Part shown: one piece after another, positions 28,208 to 37,929 of the stretch
Layout of the letters: every line of letters begins with the position of its first letter
Position numbering within the stretch: the first letter of the stretch is position 1
The notes under the pieces: generated by a model
Databases searched by the model: none
The model's input: only the letters and a program-made list of their open reading frames with translations
What the model was told of the DNA's origin: nothing
Source of the DNA: Nannocystales bacterium
GTDB lineage: Bacteria; Myxococcota_A; Polyangia; Nannocystales; Nannocystaceae
Length of the DNA: 64,000 bases
Direction of reading: 5' to 3'
NCBI GenBank assembly: GCA_050633305.1
Contig: JBOEGF010000005.1
Coordinates: forward strand, 32,001-96,000
Made by a program: the position numbers and the translations under genes

Positions 28208-29805
28208 TTCGCGAGCGCGCGAGTCCCGTCGAGCCCGAGCGTCTCGAGCTTGGGAAGCCCGCTGAGCTGGACGACACCTTCCCGGGTGACGACGGTGTGG
28301 CTGAGGTTGAGTCGTCGCAGCGCCCGAAGCTTCACGATGTGCTCGATGGCCGCATCGGTGACCAAGGTGTGGTCCAGGCGCAGGACCTCGAGACTCGACA
28401 ACGGCACGAGGTGCTCGATGGCTGCGTCGACCACATCGGTGTGATCGAGTTCGAGCACGCGAAGCGAGCTCAGCACCGACAACGACGCAAGCCCGCGGTT
28501 GGTGACCCGGGTGTGGTGCAGGTGCAGCGCATCGAGGTTGGCCAACGCCGAGAGCGACGCCAGCCCGTCGTCGGACACGTTCGTGTTGCCCAGGTCGAGC
28601 GTCTGCAAACGGGTCAGCGCAGCCAACTCGGGCATCGCACGGTCGTCGAGTCGGGGGTAGTCGAGCACCAAGGCCTCCAGGGTGGTGAGCCCGGAGAGCT
28701 TCTCCATGGCCGGGTGTTCGAGTTCACCCGAGAGTTGGAGCTTGCGGAGCTTGGGGAACTTGGCGAGGGCCTCGAGTCCTTTAGGCCCGATGTCGAGTCC
28801 GGTGAGGACAAGGGTCTCGAGTTCGGTTAGGTCCTCCAGCGCGTGGAGCCCCTCGCCGGTGATCTGGGTTCCGCGGAGCAGGAGCTTGCGGATCCCGGTG
28901 CTGTGACGCAGCGAGCGCAGGCCGTAGTCGCCGAGCCGGGCGCAGTCGCATTCGAAGGACTTGATCGGCAGGCCGCGAAAGTACAGCGGAGAGTTGTCGT
29001 TGAACGTGCTCCCCGAGAAGACGACCTCCCGAAGCTTGTCGAGTGGCTTGATCTGGTTGAGCGAGAAGTTGCCGATTCGTGTGTCCCGTAGCTCGAGCCG
29101 TTCGAGTGCGTCCGCCTTCGCGAGCGTGAGCATCGCTTTGTGACCCGCCCAGTTTCCTTCGAGGACGACGCTGCGAAGCTTGCGGGGCCACAGGTCGAGG
29201 ATGAGCGAGATCTCGCTGTCCTTGGGGAGTTCGGAGAGCCGGACCGCCTGCAAGTCGAGCTTGCGCAGGGGGGTGAGCGGCTCGCTGCCCGCGGAGACCC
29301 GACGCAGGCTGAGTTGCTCGAGCTTCTCGAGTTGTGCGAGGCGGCCGACGATGACCCCATCGATCCGCATGTCCGCGAGCTCGAGCTGGGTAAGCTGAGG
29401 TGCGAACGCGCCGAGTCCAGACTGCACAGCGCCGGCGCATCCCGACACTCGGAGGCTGACGAGCCCTGGAGCCTGGCCGGCGAGCTTCACCAGGTCGAGG
29501 CCGGCGCACCCGTCCTCCGGGCTGCCTTCGTCGATGAAGCCGACTCGATCTGGGCCGGACAGCGCGAGGTCGAGGTGTTCGACGATCCCCAGGTCGAGGC
29601 GGGCGAGATCTCCCGCATCATGAACGGTCACTTGGTGCGGGTCGGCCGGCCAAGGTGTCTGGGTTTCCCCGTCTGCGGGGTTCGCGGACGGTGTCCCGAC
29701 CTGAGGAGGGGCCATCGGGGTTGGCGCCGGGCCGTCCTCCTCGCCGCAATTGCAGCCGGAGAAAAGCAGGCTCACGAGGAGCAGCAAGCGGACGAAGATG
29801 GGCAC
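28204..29805 (-). CDS. Leucine-rich-repeat lipoprotein
   Basis: Lipobox FSGC; more than 12 ~24-aa repeats LxxLxLxxTxVxDxGLxxL. Start uncertain (GTG 29805 or ATG 29865). Confidence 0.88.
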   Translation of the reverse strand: MPIFVRLLLLVSLLFSGCNCGEEDGPAPTPMAPPQVGTPSANPADGETQTPWPADPHQVTVHDAGDLARLDLGIVEHLDLALSGPDRVGFIDEGSPEDGCAGLDLVKLAGQAPGLVSLRVSGCAGAVQSGLGAFAPQLTQLELADMRIDGVIVGRLAQLEKLEQLSLRRVSAGSEPLTPLRKLDLQAVRLSELPKDSEISLILDLWPRKLRSVVLEGNWAGHKAMLTLAKADALERLELRDTRIGNFSLNQIKPLDKLREVVFSGSTFNDNSPLYFRGLPIKSFECDCARLGDYGLRSLRHSTGIRKLLLRGTQITGEGLHALEDLTELETLVLTGLDIGPKGLEALAKFPKLRKLQLSGELEHPAMEKLSGLTTLEALVLDYPRLDDRAMPELAALTRLQTLDLGNTNVSDDGLASLSALANLDALHLHHTRVTNRGLASLSVLSSLRVLELDHTDVVDAAIEHLVPLSSLEVLRLDHTLVTDAAIEHIVKLRALRRLNLSHTVVTREGVVQLSGLPKLETLGLDGTRALAN

Positions 29806-30012
29806 GAGAGGCGGCAGACCATAGGCTCCTGGACGACTCCGCAACACCCCCCGCGAACTGCGCATGCCCTCTTCGCGTCGCTCGCGCAGACCTTGCGGGG
29901 TCAATGTCGCGGGCCGGGCGCCCGGCGGCGAACACTGTTCCTAGACGCGTCTCAGAGGTAATTGGGGCGCGGCGAATGCGTATCTCAACCCCCCCTGCGA
30001 CAGTCAGCGTGA

Positions 30013-30041
30013 TTGACGCGCCCGGGGCGGTTTTGTACAAC
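30013..30041 (+). promoter_or_regulatory. sigma70 promoter
   Basis: TTGACG-N17-TACAAC. Confidence 0.6.
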
Positions 30042-30103
30042 GAGCGCGGTCGGCGGGGGATTCCGTCGACATCCGTCCTCCGGCAAGAACTCAGGTCTTC
30101 ACC

Positions 30104-30652
30104 ATGGCAACGAATCGAATCGAGCGCGTGCTCCGCCACGACGGAATCGTGGCAGTCCTCGACATGACGGGCGACGCCTCGTCCGCCCCTTCTCCCATGC
30201 CGGCCGCAGCGCCTGCACCGGCCCCTCCAACGGGTCTTGGTGCGCCTGCACCGAGCATGACCCCCAGTGCCGCACCAGCGCCCGCTCCGGCGGGTCTCGG
30301 AGCACCTGTCCCCGCGCCTCCACCGATGGGCAGCCCGCATGTCCCTCTGACACCCGCGGCTCCGCAAGCCGCTCCGGTTGCGCAAGTTTCCCAGGGGCCC
30401 CAGGGCTCTCAGGTCTCTTGGGTTGGCGACGACAACTGGCGACCCATCGTCATGGAGGCGGTCAAGTTGCGGCAGATCGCAAATGAGCCCTCCGTCCGTG
30501 TCGAGGTCGGCGACCACAAGGTGATGGTCTCGGGCGACGACAAGCACGTCATTGGCGTCGTCTTCATCAAGGGTCACCCCGTGGTGAAGTCGGTTGTTCG
30601 CATGGTGCGGCAGCTACTGCGTCAGCCCAGCTCGTCGCCTGCGGGCCTGTAG
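30104..30652 (+). CDS. Roadblock/LC7-like protein with a long Pro/Ala insertion
   Basis: Flanking segments fit the alpha-beta-beta-alpha-beta-beta-beta-alpha pattern; central ~80 aa are P/A/S-rich. The fold is my inference. Confidence 0.65.
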   Translation: MATNRIERVLRHDGIVAVLDMTGDASSAPSPMPAAAPAPAPPTGLGAPAPSMTPSAAPAPAPAGLGAPVPAPPPMGSPHVPLTPAAPQAAPVAQVSQGPQGSQVSWVGDDNWRPIVMEAVKLRQIANEPSVRVEVGDHKVMVSGDDKHVIGVVFIKGHPVVKSVVRMVRQLLRQPSSSPAGL

Positions 30653-30723
30653 ACAGTCCTTTCTCAGCTCTGAGCTCAGAACGAAGTTCAGGGCTCGGTC
30701 ATCGCCCCGACGAGGGGTTCAAC

Positions 30724-30756
30724 AAGGCCGCGGAAGTGATTCCGCGGCCTTTCTTC
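30724..30756 (+). terminator. Intrinsic terminator
   Basis: AAGGCCGCGGAA-GTGA-TTCCGCGGCCTT followed by TCTTC. Confidence 0.85.
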
Positions 30757-30796
30757 GTCAATGGCTCCCCGTTCATGAAGCGGTAGAGTCCGCGAC

Positions 30797-32221
30797 GTGG
30801 CACAGGCTGCTTCTCTGATTGAGGCCCTCATCGGCGTGGTGGGAGCTGAGCACGTGCGAACTGGAGCCGAGGACCTCGGGTACTACGGCACAGATCGCTG
30901 CCGGGGCGACTGGCCGGTCTCGCCCCAGGCCATCGTTCTTCCCAAGACCATCGAGCAAGTCCAAGGCGTGGTCCGTGCGTGTGCGGCCTCCGGCGCTGCG
31001 GTGGTGCCCTCTGGCGGCCGAACCGGTCTGACGGGTGCCGCGACCGCCACCCGGGGAGAGGTTGTGCTTTCGCTCGAGCGCATGACGGCGATCCTTGGAA
31101 TCGATGCGGCGGCGCATACGATTCAGTGCGAGGCCGGTGCCACGGTGGAAGCGCTTCAGCTTGCGGCTGCGGCCGAGGGTCTGCTGTATCCGGTCGACTT
31201 CGCGGCGAAGGGGAGCGCGCAAATCGGAGGCAGCATTGCCACCAACGCGGGCGGGGTGAAGGTGCTCCGCTACGGCTCCACCCGGGCGTGGGTCAGCGGC
31301 CTGGATGTGGTGGTGGCCAGCGGGGAGCTGCTGCACCTGGGCGGAGCGCTGGTGAAGGACAACACCGGCTACGATCTTCGGCAGTTGTTCATTGGGGCGG
31401 AGGGAACGCTCGGCATCATCGTGGGCGCGACGATGCGGCTGTGTCCGCCTCCGCAGGGGTTGCTCGTCGCGCTCTGTTCCGTTCCCAGCGACGAGCAGAT
31501 GCTGTCGCTGTTCCGTCGAGCCAGGCGCGAACTCCCTCTGCAGGCGTTCGAGTGCTTCGATCAGGGGTGCCTGCAACACGTCTTGGAGCATCGGAGTCTC
31601 GCTGGACGCGGCCCTTTCGCGGAGCCGAGCCCCCAGCACGTGCTCATCGAGGTCGAGGTCGAAGGCGCTGGCGACGAGGCGCACGAGCAGGCCCACGACC
31701 GTCTCACCCTGTGCCTCGCCGACGCGCAAGATGCGGGCGAACTCGAAGATGCCGTAGTCGCGTCGACGGCCGCGCAGGCGAAAGATCTGTGGGAGTACCG
31801 GGAAGGGATCAGCGAGTCGCTGCACGCCCATGCCCCGCACAAGTCCGACATCGCGTTGCCGATCTCCGCGGTCACCGAGTTCCTCGAGGTCTGGCGCCCC
31901 GCGGTTGCGAAGGCGCTCCCGGATGCCGAGGCCCTGGTGTTCGGCCACATCGGGGACGGAAACCTGCACCTCAACATCCTCAAGCCCCCGGCCGAAGACC
32001 TCGCGTCTTTCGTGTCTCGGGCCAAGGCCTTCGATGAGCAGACCTATGCTCTCGTCCAGCGGTTTGGGGGCAGCGTCTCGGCCGAGCATGGCATCGGGTT
32101 GCTCAAGCGGGACCATCTGCACTTCAGCCGCGCGGATGGCGAACTGGCGATGATGCGGGCGATCAAGGCGGCACTCGACCCAACCGGGATGTTCAACCCC
32201 GGCAAGGTCCTCCCCGACTGA
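30797..32221 (+). CDS. FAD-linked oxidase (D-2-hydroxyacid dehydrogenase-like)
   Basis: PSGGRTGL, IGGSIATNAGG, KDNTGYDL, GHIGDGNLH, SAEHGIG, NPGKV. Confidence 0.93.
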   Translation: MAQAASLIEALIGVVGAEHVRTGAEDLGYYGTDRCRGDWPVSPQAIVLPKTIEQVQGVVRACAASGAAVVPSGGRTGLTGAATATRGEVVLSLERMTAILGIDAAAHTIQCEAGATVEALQLAAAAEGLLYPVDFAAKGSAQIGGSIATNAGGVKVLRYGSTRAWVSGLDVVVASGELLHLGGALVKDNTGYDLRQLFIGAEGTLGIIVGATMRLCPPPQGLLVALCSVPSDEQMLSLFRRARRELPLQAFECFDQGCLQHVLEHRSLAGRGPFAEPSPQHVLIEVEVEGAGDEAHEQAHDRLTLCLADAQDAGELEDAVVASTAAQAKDLWEYREGISESLHAHAPHKSDIALPISAVTEFLEVWRPAVAKALPDAEALVFGHIGDGNLHLNILKPPAEDLASFVSRAKAFDEQTYALVQRFGGSVSAEHGIGLLKRDHLHFSRADGELAMMRAIKAALDPTGMFNPGKVLPD

Positions 32222-32234
32222 TATCGTCCTGCGG

Positions 32235-33734
32235 ATGCGTCTTTGGGGGCTTTGCGTTGTTGGTCTGCTCACCGCTTCATGTGGGGGCGACGCGTCCTCG
32301 GATGCGAGCACGATGCCGACGTCGGCGAGTGCCGGACCCACTGCCACGGTCACAGGGACCGGGTCGGGCACCGAAGGGGCGGCGGAGACGACCTCCGAGT
32401 CCGCATCGACCACCTCGGCGGCGACAGTCGCCGGAACAGGTTCGAGCTCGACCGCCGTGGCGGATACGTCCAGTGGCGGTGGCGAGGGCTGTACCTTCTG
32501 CAACGGACCCAACGAGCGGTGTGTCGACGATGAGTGTGTGACCACGTGTCAGGGACAACTGCCCGACCCGTGCGTCGCGGATGGGCAGGTGTGCGACCAC
32601 ATCTCGGGCGAGTGTGTCGATCCGGCAGGGGCGTGCGTCCTCTCGGGCGAATACACCCCGTGCGGCGGCCAACTCTGTGGCCCGGGGACCGCGTGCGACG
32701 ACCAAGGCGAATGCCTGCCGTTCCCGCCTTGCGCAGGCGTGGCGTGCACTGACGACAACTCCTGTTGGGGGACCTTCTGCTCGTGCGAGCGCAACATCGA
32801 TTGCGAGCCGCCCACCGACGACTTGCTCAACGGTCCGTTCTCCACCGAGATCAGCGACCTCGAGTTCGCCGACGACTGCACGGCTTGGATGGTTACGCTG
32901 CGCTCGGGCACGGACTTTCTTCGAAGGCTCACCCCGGACGGCGAGGTGACGCAGTGGGCGGGCGTGTCCAACCTCAACATGGGGGAGGTCGCGGTGCTCA
33001 AGGCTCTGACGCCACCGCCCGCGGCCGCCGTGCCACTCCCCCTGGGCTCGGGCACCGTCCCGCCGCCGCCGTTGGGCGTGGAAGGCATTGGCGAGGTTGC
33101 CCTTTCGTACATCTGCTGTGCGACGTGCGGCTGCTTCACCGATCCTCCTCAGGGGGTCTCCCGGTTGGTCGAGGACGACAAGGTTCAGCCGCTCCCGCTT
33201 GTGATCCCTGCCGTGCCCACGGGCTCGACGGGACCGTTCGGGAGCACAGGCGCCGACGCTGGGCCGTTCGGACTCACCTGGGGGATCGACAGGGTGCTGT
33301 ACGTGGGCAACGCGGAGGGGAACGGGAACCTCCACACCGCCGATCTCGAAACGGAGACCCAACAGCAGATCTCCATGTTCGAGCGGCGTGTGACCGCGGC
33401 CGCACCGCTCACCGAAGCGCACATCATGGTCGCGACCCTGGGCGGGGCGATTCATCGCTACAACGTCATCACGAACACCGCCACAGAGGTTGTGGACGTG
33501 GGGCAGGACGTGACGAACATGTCGTTCGACGCGTTCTCGGGGCTGTTGTACGTCAGCCTGCGAAACTTCGAGGTCATCACCCTCGAGCCATTCACCGGCG
33601 TGACCGAAGCGTTTGAGACGATGCCGGCGCGAGGCCGGGTGACGGTCAGCCCCAACGGCCGCCTCTACTACGCTCCGCTGGGTATCTTGGATACCCAGCC
33701 GATCTCATCGTGGGATCTTCCGGATTCGCTGTGA
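32235..33734 (+). CDS. Cys-rich lipoprotein with C-terminal beta-propeller
   Basis: Lipobox TASC; S/T stalk; Cys-rich repeats; propeller-like beta region. Stop overlaps the next start (GTGA). Confidence 0.8.
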   Translation: MRLWGLCVVGLLTASCGGDASSDASTMPTSASAGPTATVTGTGSGTEGAAETTSESASTTSAATVAGTGSSSTAVADTSSGGGEGCTFCNGPNERCVDDECVTTCQGQLPDPCVADGQVCDHISGECVDPAGACVLSGEYTPCGGQLCGPGTACDDQGECLPFPPCAGVACTDDNSCWGTFCSCERNIDCEPPTDDLLNGPFSTEISDLEFADDCTAWMVTLRSGTDFLRRLTPDGEVTQWAGVSNLNMGEVAVLKALTPPPAAAVPLPLGSGTVPPPPLGVEGIGEVALSYICCATCGCFTDPPQGVSRLVEDDKVQPLPLVIPAVPTGSTGPFGSTGADAGPFGLTWGIDRVLYVGNAEGNGNLHTADLETETQQQISMFERRVTAAAPLTEAHIMVATLGGAIHRYNVITNTATEVVDVGQDVTNMSFDAFSGLLYVSLRNFEVITLEPFTGVTEAFETMPARGRVTVSPNGRLYYAPLGILDTQPISSWDLPDSL

Positions 33735-34399
33735 CCGACGAGAGTCCCCACGCGCGCGACGTCGTCCTGGCGCAGGCTTGTGTTCTCGGGGACGCGACGG
33801 CGCTTCGAGAGTTCGAAGCTCGTCTTGGCCCCGAGATCGATGTGGCCCTCACAAGGTTGGGCCTGGGGCATGGGGAGGCGGGCGATGTGAAGTCGCGGGT
33901 CCTCGAGAAGCTGTTGGCTCCGCCCTCGACCAAGCTGGCCCAGTACGAGGGGCAAGGGCCGTTGGCCTCGTGGGTGAAAGCGGTGACGACGCGGGAGGCG
34001 TTGAGCTTGCGTCGCACCAAGGCTCGGCGGCGCGATCTGCTCGACGCTGCTGGAGACGCACTGACCCCGGTCGATCCCGAACTCGCGTTTCTCAAGCGTC
34101 ACTACCGAGACGCGTTTCGGCTCGCGTTTGGCACGACGGTGGATGAACTCAGCGCCGAGGACCGGCTTCTGCTTCGGTACCGCTTCGTCGATGGCCTCAC
34201 GCTTCCGCAGCTCGCGGCCGCGTGCGGTGTGCACCGGGCGACCGCCGCACGGCGACTGGCGACGCTCAGGGAGCGGTTGTTCGCCGGGACGAGAGCGCAG
34301 CTGTCCGAGCGCCTTGACGTGCCTGCAGACGAGCTCGCGAGCATCTTCCGGCTGATTCAGAGCAACTTCGACGTCAGCATGCGGGGTTTGCTCGGCTGA
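33731..34399 (+). CDS. ECF-type sigma factor, Myxococcales-type (kinase-associated)
   Basis: DVVLAQACVLGDATAL, YEGQGPLASWV, DPELAFLKRHYR, LRYRFVDGLTLPQLA..VHRATAARRL. Confidence 0.88.
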   Translation: MTDESPHARDVVLAQACVLGDATALREFEARLGPEIDVALTRLGLGHGEAGDVKSRVLEKLLAPPSTKLAQYEGQGPLASWVKAVTTREALSLRRTKARRRDLLDAAGDALTPVDPELAFLKRHYRDAFRLAFGTTVDELSAEDRLLLRYRFVDGLTLPQLAAACGVHRATAARRLATLRERLFAGTRAQLSERLDVPADELASIFRLIQSNFDVSMRGLLG

Positions 34400-34445
34400 G
34401 CGTCCGCACAGGGCTTCCCTGAATCAAAAAAAGACGACCCGATCG

Positions 34446-34472
34446 TGCGACTTTCTGCGATCTCGCGACGTC
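34446..34472 (+). promoter_or_regulatory. Candidate ECF promoter
   Basis: TGCGAC-N17-CGTC, preceded by an A7 tract, 11 nt before ATG 34484. Confidence 0.4.
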
Positions 34473-34483
34473 GGTATCACGCG

Positions 34484-35263
34484 ATGAAGCTTGGAACGAT
34501 TGTCCTTGTCCTTGGCCTGCTGAGTCCCCTCGCCGGGTGTGACACCAACGTCGACGAGGACTCCTCCTCAGGTACGGAGGGAAACACCACATCCAACGCC
34601 CCAAGCGATGAGTCCGTCGCCGGGTGCCGCGATGGATGCGACCGGCTTCAGTTCTTCGACTGTATCGACGGCAGCGTCCATGAGACGTGCTGGAACACCT
34701 GCGCCGAGCGCAGCGACGACGACCTCGAACTCTTCGAGAGTTGCGTGAACAACAGCGCGCCTGCGTGCGACCCAGATTGCCTGGCTGGATTGATCGACGC
34801 GCCGGAACCGGAACCCGACCCAGATCCGGACACCACCACGGGGGGCGACCCATCGAGTTGCGAGACGGTGTGTCAGGCCTACGTCGATGCTGGTTGCGAG
34901 CTAGAGCTGTTCGAGGAGGTCACCTCGTGTGCTCAGGCCTGCGCCACGTTGTCGTCCGTCGAGCAGGCTGCGGTCGCGGTCTGCTTCAATAGTCCACAGA
35001 CCTGCGAGGTCGATCCTGAGTGCCTGCTGGAAGAAGAGGAAGAAACCAGTGCCGCGGACGAGTCCGGGGGCGGGGTTGATGTCTCCTGTCTCAGTGCTTG
35101 CGACACATCGTTGGGCTTGCAGTGCATCGACGCTCAGGAGCATGCGTCGTGCTACAGCCAGTGCGATGTCGCGCCCGCGAGTGATGTCGAGGCGTTCGTC
35201 GCGTGTGTCGATGCTGTTGGGGCCGTTTGCGATGGCAGCTGCTACGCGGTCTTCATCGAGTAG
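34484..35263 (+). CDS. Lipoprotein with three 8-Cys repeats
   Basis: Lipobox LAGC; three Cys modules separated by acidic/Pro linkers. Confidence 0.82.
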   Translation: MKLGTIVLVLGLLSPLAGCDTNVDEDSSSGTEGNTTSNAPSDESVAGCRDGCDRLQFFDCIDGSVHETCWNTCAERSDDDLELFESCVNNSAPACDPDCLAGLIDAPEPEPDPDPDTTTGGDPSSCETVCQAYVDAGCELELFEEVTSCAQACATLSSVEQAAVAVCFNSPQTCEVDPECLLEEEEETSAADESGGGVDVSCLSACDTSLGLQCIDAQEHASCYSQCDVAPASDVEAFVACVDAVGAVCDGSCYAVFIE

Positions 35264-35278
35264 GCTCGCAACGGTCCC

Positions 35279-37843
35279 GTGACGACGACGTGCATCAGCG
35301 AGGAATCGGCGCTCCGAATTCTGCTTGAACCTCGGGGAGCGCAGACGGCTGAGCACAGAGCCCACGTCGCGGGATGCGAGGCTTGTCGAGGCTTCGTCGC
35401 CGCACTTGCGCGGGTCATGTTGCCTCCGTCCACCCGCTCCTTGGGAGGGTGGGGGGCCGACTCGGTCGCCCTCACAGCGGGAACGAAGCTCAAGCACTAC
35501 GTGGTGGAGTCTGTACTCGGCCGCGGAGGGATGGGGGTCGTGTACGCCGGCCACGACGCACGCCTCGACCGACCCGTCGCGATTAAAGTGTTGGCCCATC
35601 GCGCAGGCTCGGGCGCCGTGGCCCGGTTGCGTCAGGAGGCCTCGGCGATGGCCCAGCTCTCGCACCCCAATGTCGTCGAGGTCTTCGACTTTGGGGTCTG
35701 CGACGCCGGACCCTTCGTCGTGATGGAAGTCCTCCACGGGCGGACCCTGGGCCAGTGGCTCGGTGAGGGGGAGCGCACTGCTGGTGAAATCCTGTCGGCC
35801 TACGTTCAAGCTGGCCGGGGACTGGCCGCCGCGCACGCGAGGGGAATCGTCCATCGGGACTTCAAGCCGTCCAACGTCATGTGGACCCAGGACGGTGCGC
35901 AGGGGGTCGTGAAGGTGCTGGACTTTGGGCTTGCGACTCCGCTGACGGGAGGAAGTACGCTGTCGGACAGCACGAGTGGGTCGCTTCTGATGCGTGGGGG
36001 CGGTGGGACGCCCCGCTACGCGGCGCCGGAGCAGCTCATGGGTGCCTTGGCGACAGCCGCGAGCGATCAGTTCAGCTTCTGCGTGGCGCTATTCGAGTCG
36101 CTCGGCGGCGGGTCGCCATACCCGGGGTCGACGCTGACGCAACGCCGGACAGCGATGCTCAGCGGCCGTATCGAAGCCCTGGCAGCCCGGGTCGTGCCCG
36201 AGGTCGAGGCGGCCCTCAGACGGGGGCTTCAGCTGGACCCCAGACGTCGCCATCGGTCGATGCAAGCGTTGTTGTCTGCATTCGAAGCCCGACCGCGTGC
36301 ACGGACGATGCTCGCCGGAGCCGCGGTGATCTCGTTCGGCGTCTTCGCCGGGTGGCCGGCCGCGCCAGCGTCCTGCGCAGACGGGAGCGAGCGGATGCAG
36401 GAGGTCTGGACGGGCAGGAGGGCGCGTTTCGTAGGCCGGCCCGAAGTTGTCGGCAAAGCGTCTTCGATCGACGCGTTTGTGGATTCTTGGCTGGAAGCCA
36501 GGGGCGCGATGTGTGCGCTGCGGCGTGAAGAGCCGGCACGGTTCGAGCGAGGAACCGCCTGTCTGGAGCGTCAGGCGAGCGCCCTGACGCGGGTTGCGGA
36601 CCGCCTCGAGCAGGTGGTGAGCACCGCGGAGCCCATGCCTTCGAACCTCATGGGCGGCCTCCGCGACCCCGCCGAGTGTACTGCGCTCCAGTCGGCCGGT
36701 GCGAACGACCCCGTGCTTCGGGATGAACTCAGCGCGCTTCAGACCCGGGCGGAGGCGGCGGAGCAGGATGGCGATATCGATCCCGAAGAGTTTGCGGACT
36801 TGTCTGCTCGGGTTGGGCTCCTCCTGCGGCGTGCCCGGCAACTCGGGGATAGTGGGGCTCAGGCTGCACTCTTGAGGCTGCAGGCGACAGTCGAGTTCCT
36901 GCGTGGCGACTACGGGGCGGCGGAACGAACCTTCGAGGCCGCCTACTTCGTGGCTGATCTCGCCGATGACGCGAGCATGAAGCTTCATATCTGCGAAGGG
37001 CTGATCCTTCTGTTGGCAATGTTGAAGGAGGACCCTCAGCGGGTCATGGGCTGGGCGGCCCATGCCCGGAGTGCAGCTGAGTCGATCGGAACAGACAACG
37101 TCCTCGGCCGCGCTGCTTGGCTGGAGGGAGTCGCTGCTCGGGCCGACGGCCGACTCGACGAAGCCATGGCATCCGCGACGAGGGCGATCGATTGGCTACA
37201 CGCCGACAGCGAGACTCGTTTGCTCGCGTACACGCAGCTGGGCGAGCTCGCCATGCAGACTGGCGACGGGGCGCGGGCGCGCCTGGCATTGCAGGCTGCG
37301 TTGGAGCTGGCCGAGCGTGAACTCGGTGAGACGCACCCTCACCTCGCGCAACCGCTCAACGCACTGGCGAGCGTGGAGATGGCTGCGGGCAATGTCGAGG
37401 CCGGGATGAAGCTCATCACCAGGGCCCTCGAAGTCACCCCGGAGTCCAAGGTGCTGCTGCGCGCGTACTTGAGGGCGAACCTCGGCAATGGCATGCGGGA
37501 GCTGGGACAATTCGAGGCCGCCCTCGAGGAGGTGACCGCCGTCCGTGCCGTCTTCGAGGAGGAGTTCGGACCCAACAACCTCCAGACCGTCCGGGTGGGC
37601 ATCGACAGAGTCGACACGTTGGCGGAGCTTGGCCGGGTCGATGACGCTCGGGCGGAAACGCAGCGACTGCTCAGTACACCCGGACTCACCGACGATGTGC
37701 TCGTCAACCTCCTTTGGACGAGTGCCTCGCTGGCCGAGGACCCGCGCGCGGACCTCGAGCGGATCGTGAGCCTTCCGGGTGTGGGCGCTGCTGCCGCGGC
37801 CGAGGCTCAGGCTCAGTTGCTCGAACTCGGAGGAGACCCGTGA
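35279..37843 (+). CDS. Receptor Ser/Thr kinase: ZAS zinc finger - kinase - TM - TPR
   Basis: C-x23-HxxxCxxC; GRGGMG, VAIK, HRDFKPSN, DFG, APE; TM segment; TPR-like HPHLAQPLNALA. Confidence 0.93.
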   Translation: MTTTCISEESALRILLEPRGAQTAEHRAHVAGCEACRGFVAALARVMLPPSTRSLGGWGADSVALTAGTKLKHYVVESVLGRGGMGVVYAGHDARLDRPVAIKVLAHRAGSGAVARLRQEASAMAQLSHPNVVEVFDFGVCDAGPFVVMEVLHGRTLGQWLGEGERTAGEILSAYVQAGRGLAAAHARGIVHRDFKPSNVMWTQDGAQGVVKVLDFGLATPLTGGSTLSDSTSGSLLMRGGGGTPRYAAPEQLMGALATAASDQFSFCVALFESLGGGSPYPGSTLTQRRTAMLSGRIEALAARVVPEVEAALRRGLQLDPRRRHRSMQALLSAFEARPRARTMLAGAAVISFGVFAGWPAAPASCADGSERMQEVWTGRRARFVGRPEVVGKASSIDAFVDSWLEARGAMCALRREEPARFERGTACLERQASALTRVADRLEQVVSTAEPMPSNLMGGLRDPAECTALQSAGANDPVLRDELSALQTRAEAAEQDGDIDPEEFADLSARVGLLLRRARQLGDSGAQAALLRLQATVEFLRGDYGAAERTFEAAYFVADLADDASMKLHICEGLILLLAMLKEDPQRVMGWAAHARSAAESIGTDNVLGRAAWLEGVAARADGRLDEAMASATRAIDWLHADSETRLLAYTQLGELAMQTGDGARARLALQAALELAERELGETHPHLAQPLNALASVEMAAGNVEAGMKLITRALEVTPESKVLLRAYLRANLGNGMRELGQFEAALEEVTAVRAVFEEEFGPNNLQTVRVGIDRVDTLAELGRVDDARAETQRLLSTPGLTDDVLVNLLWTSASLAEDPRADLERIVSLPGVGAAAAAEAQAQLLELGGDP

Positions 37844-37929
37844 CCGATCTGAGGGGGCGACCCGCGGGGCCACGAGTGGATGAGTCCAGCGAGGAACGGT
37901 GGGCGGACGCCGCCGGGGTACCGAGGTCG

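Noticed and set aside
30653..30723. TCTGAGCTCAGA palindrome and small hairpin in a 3' UTR as an sRNA
   Set aside because: Too short, with no independent support.
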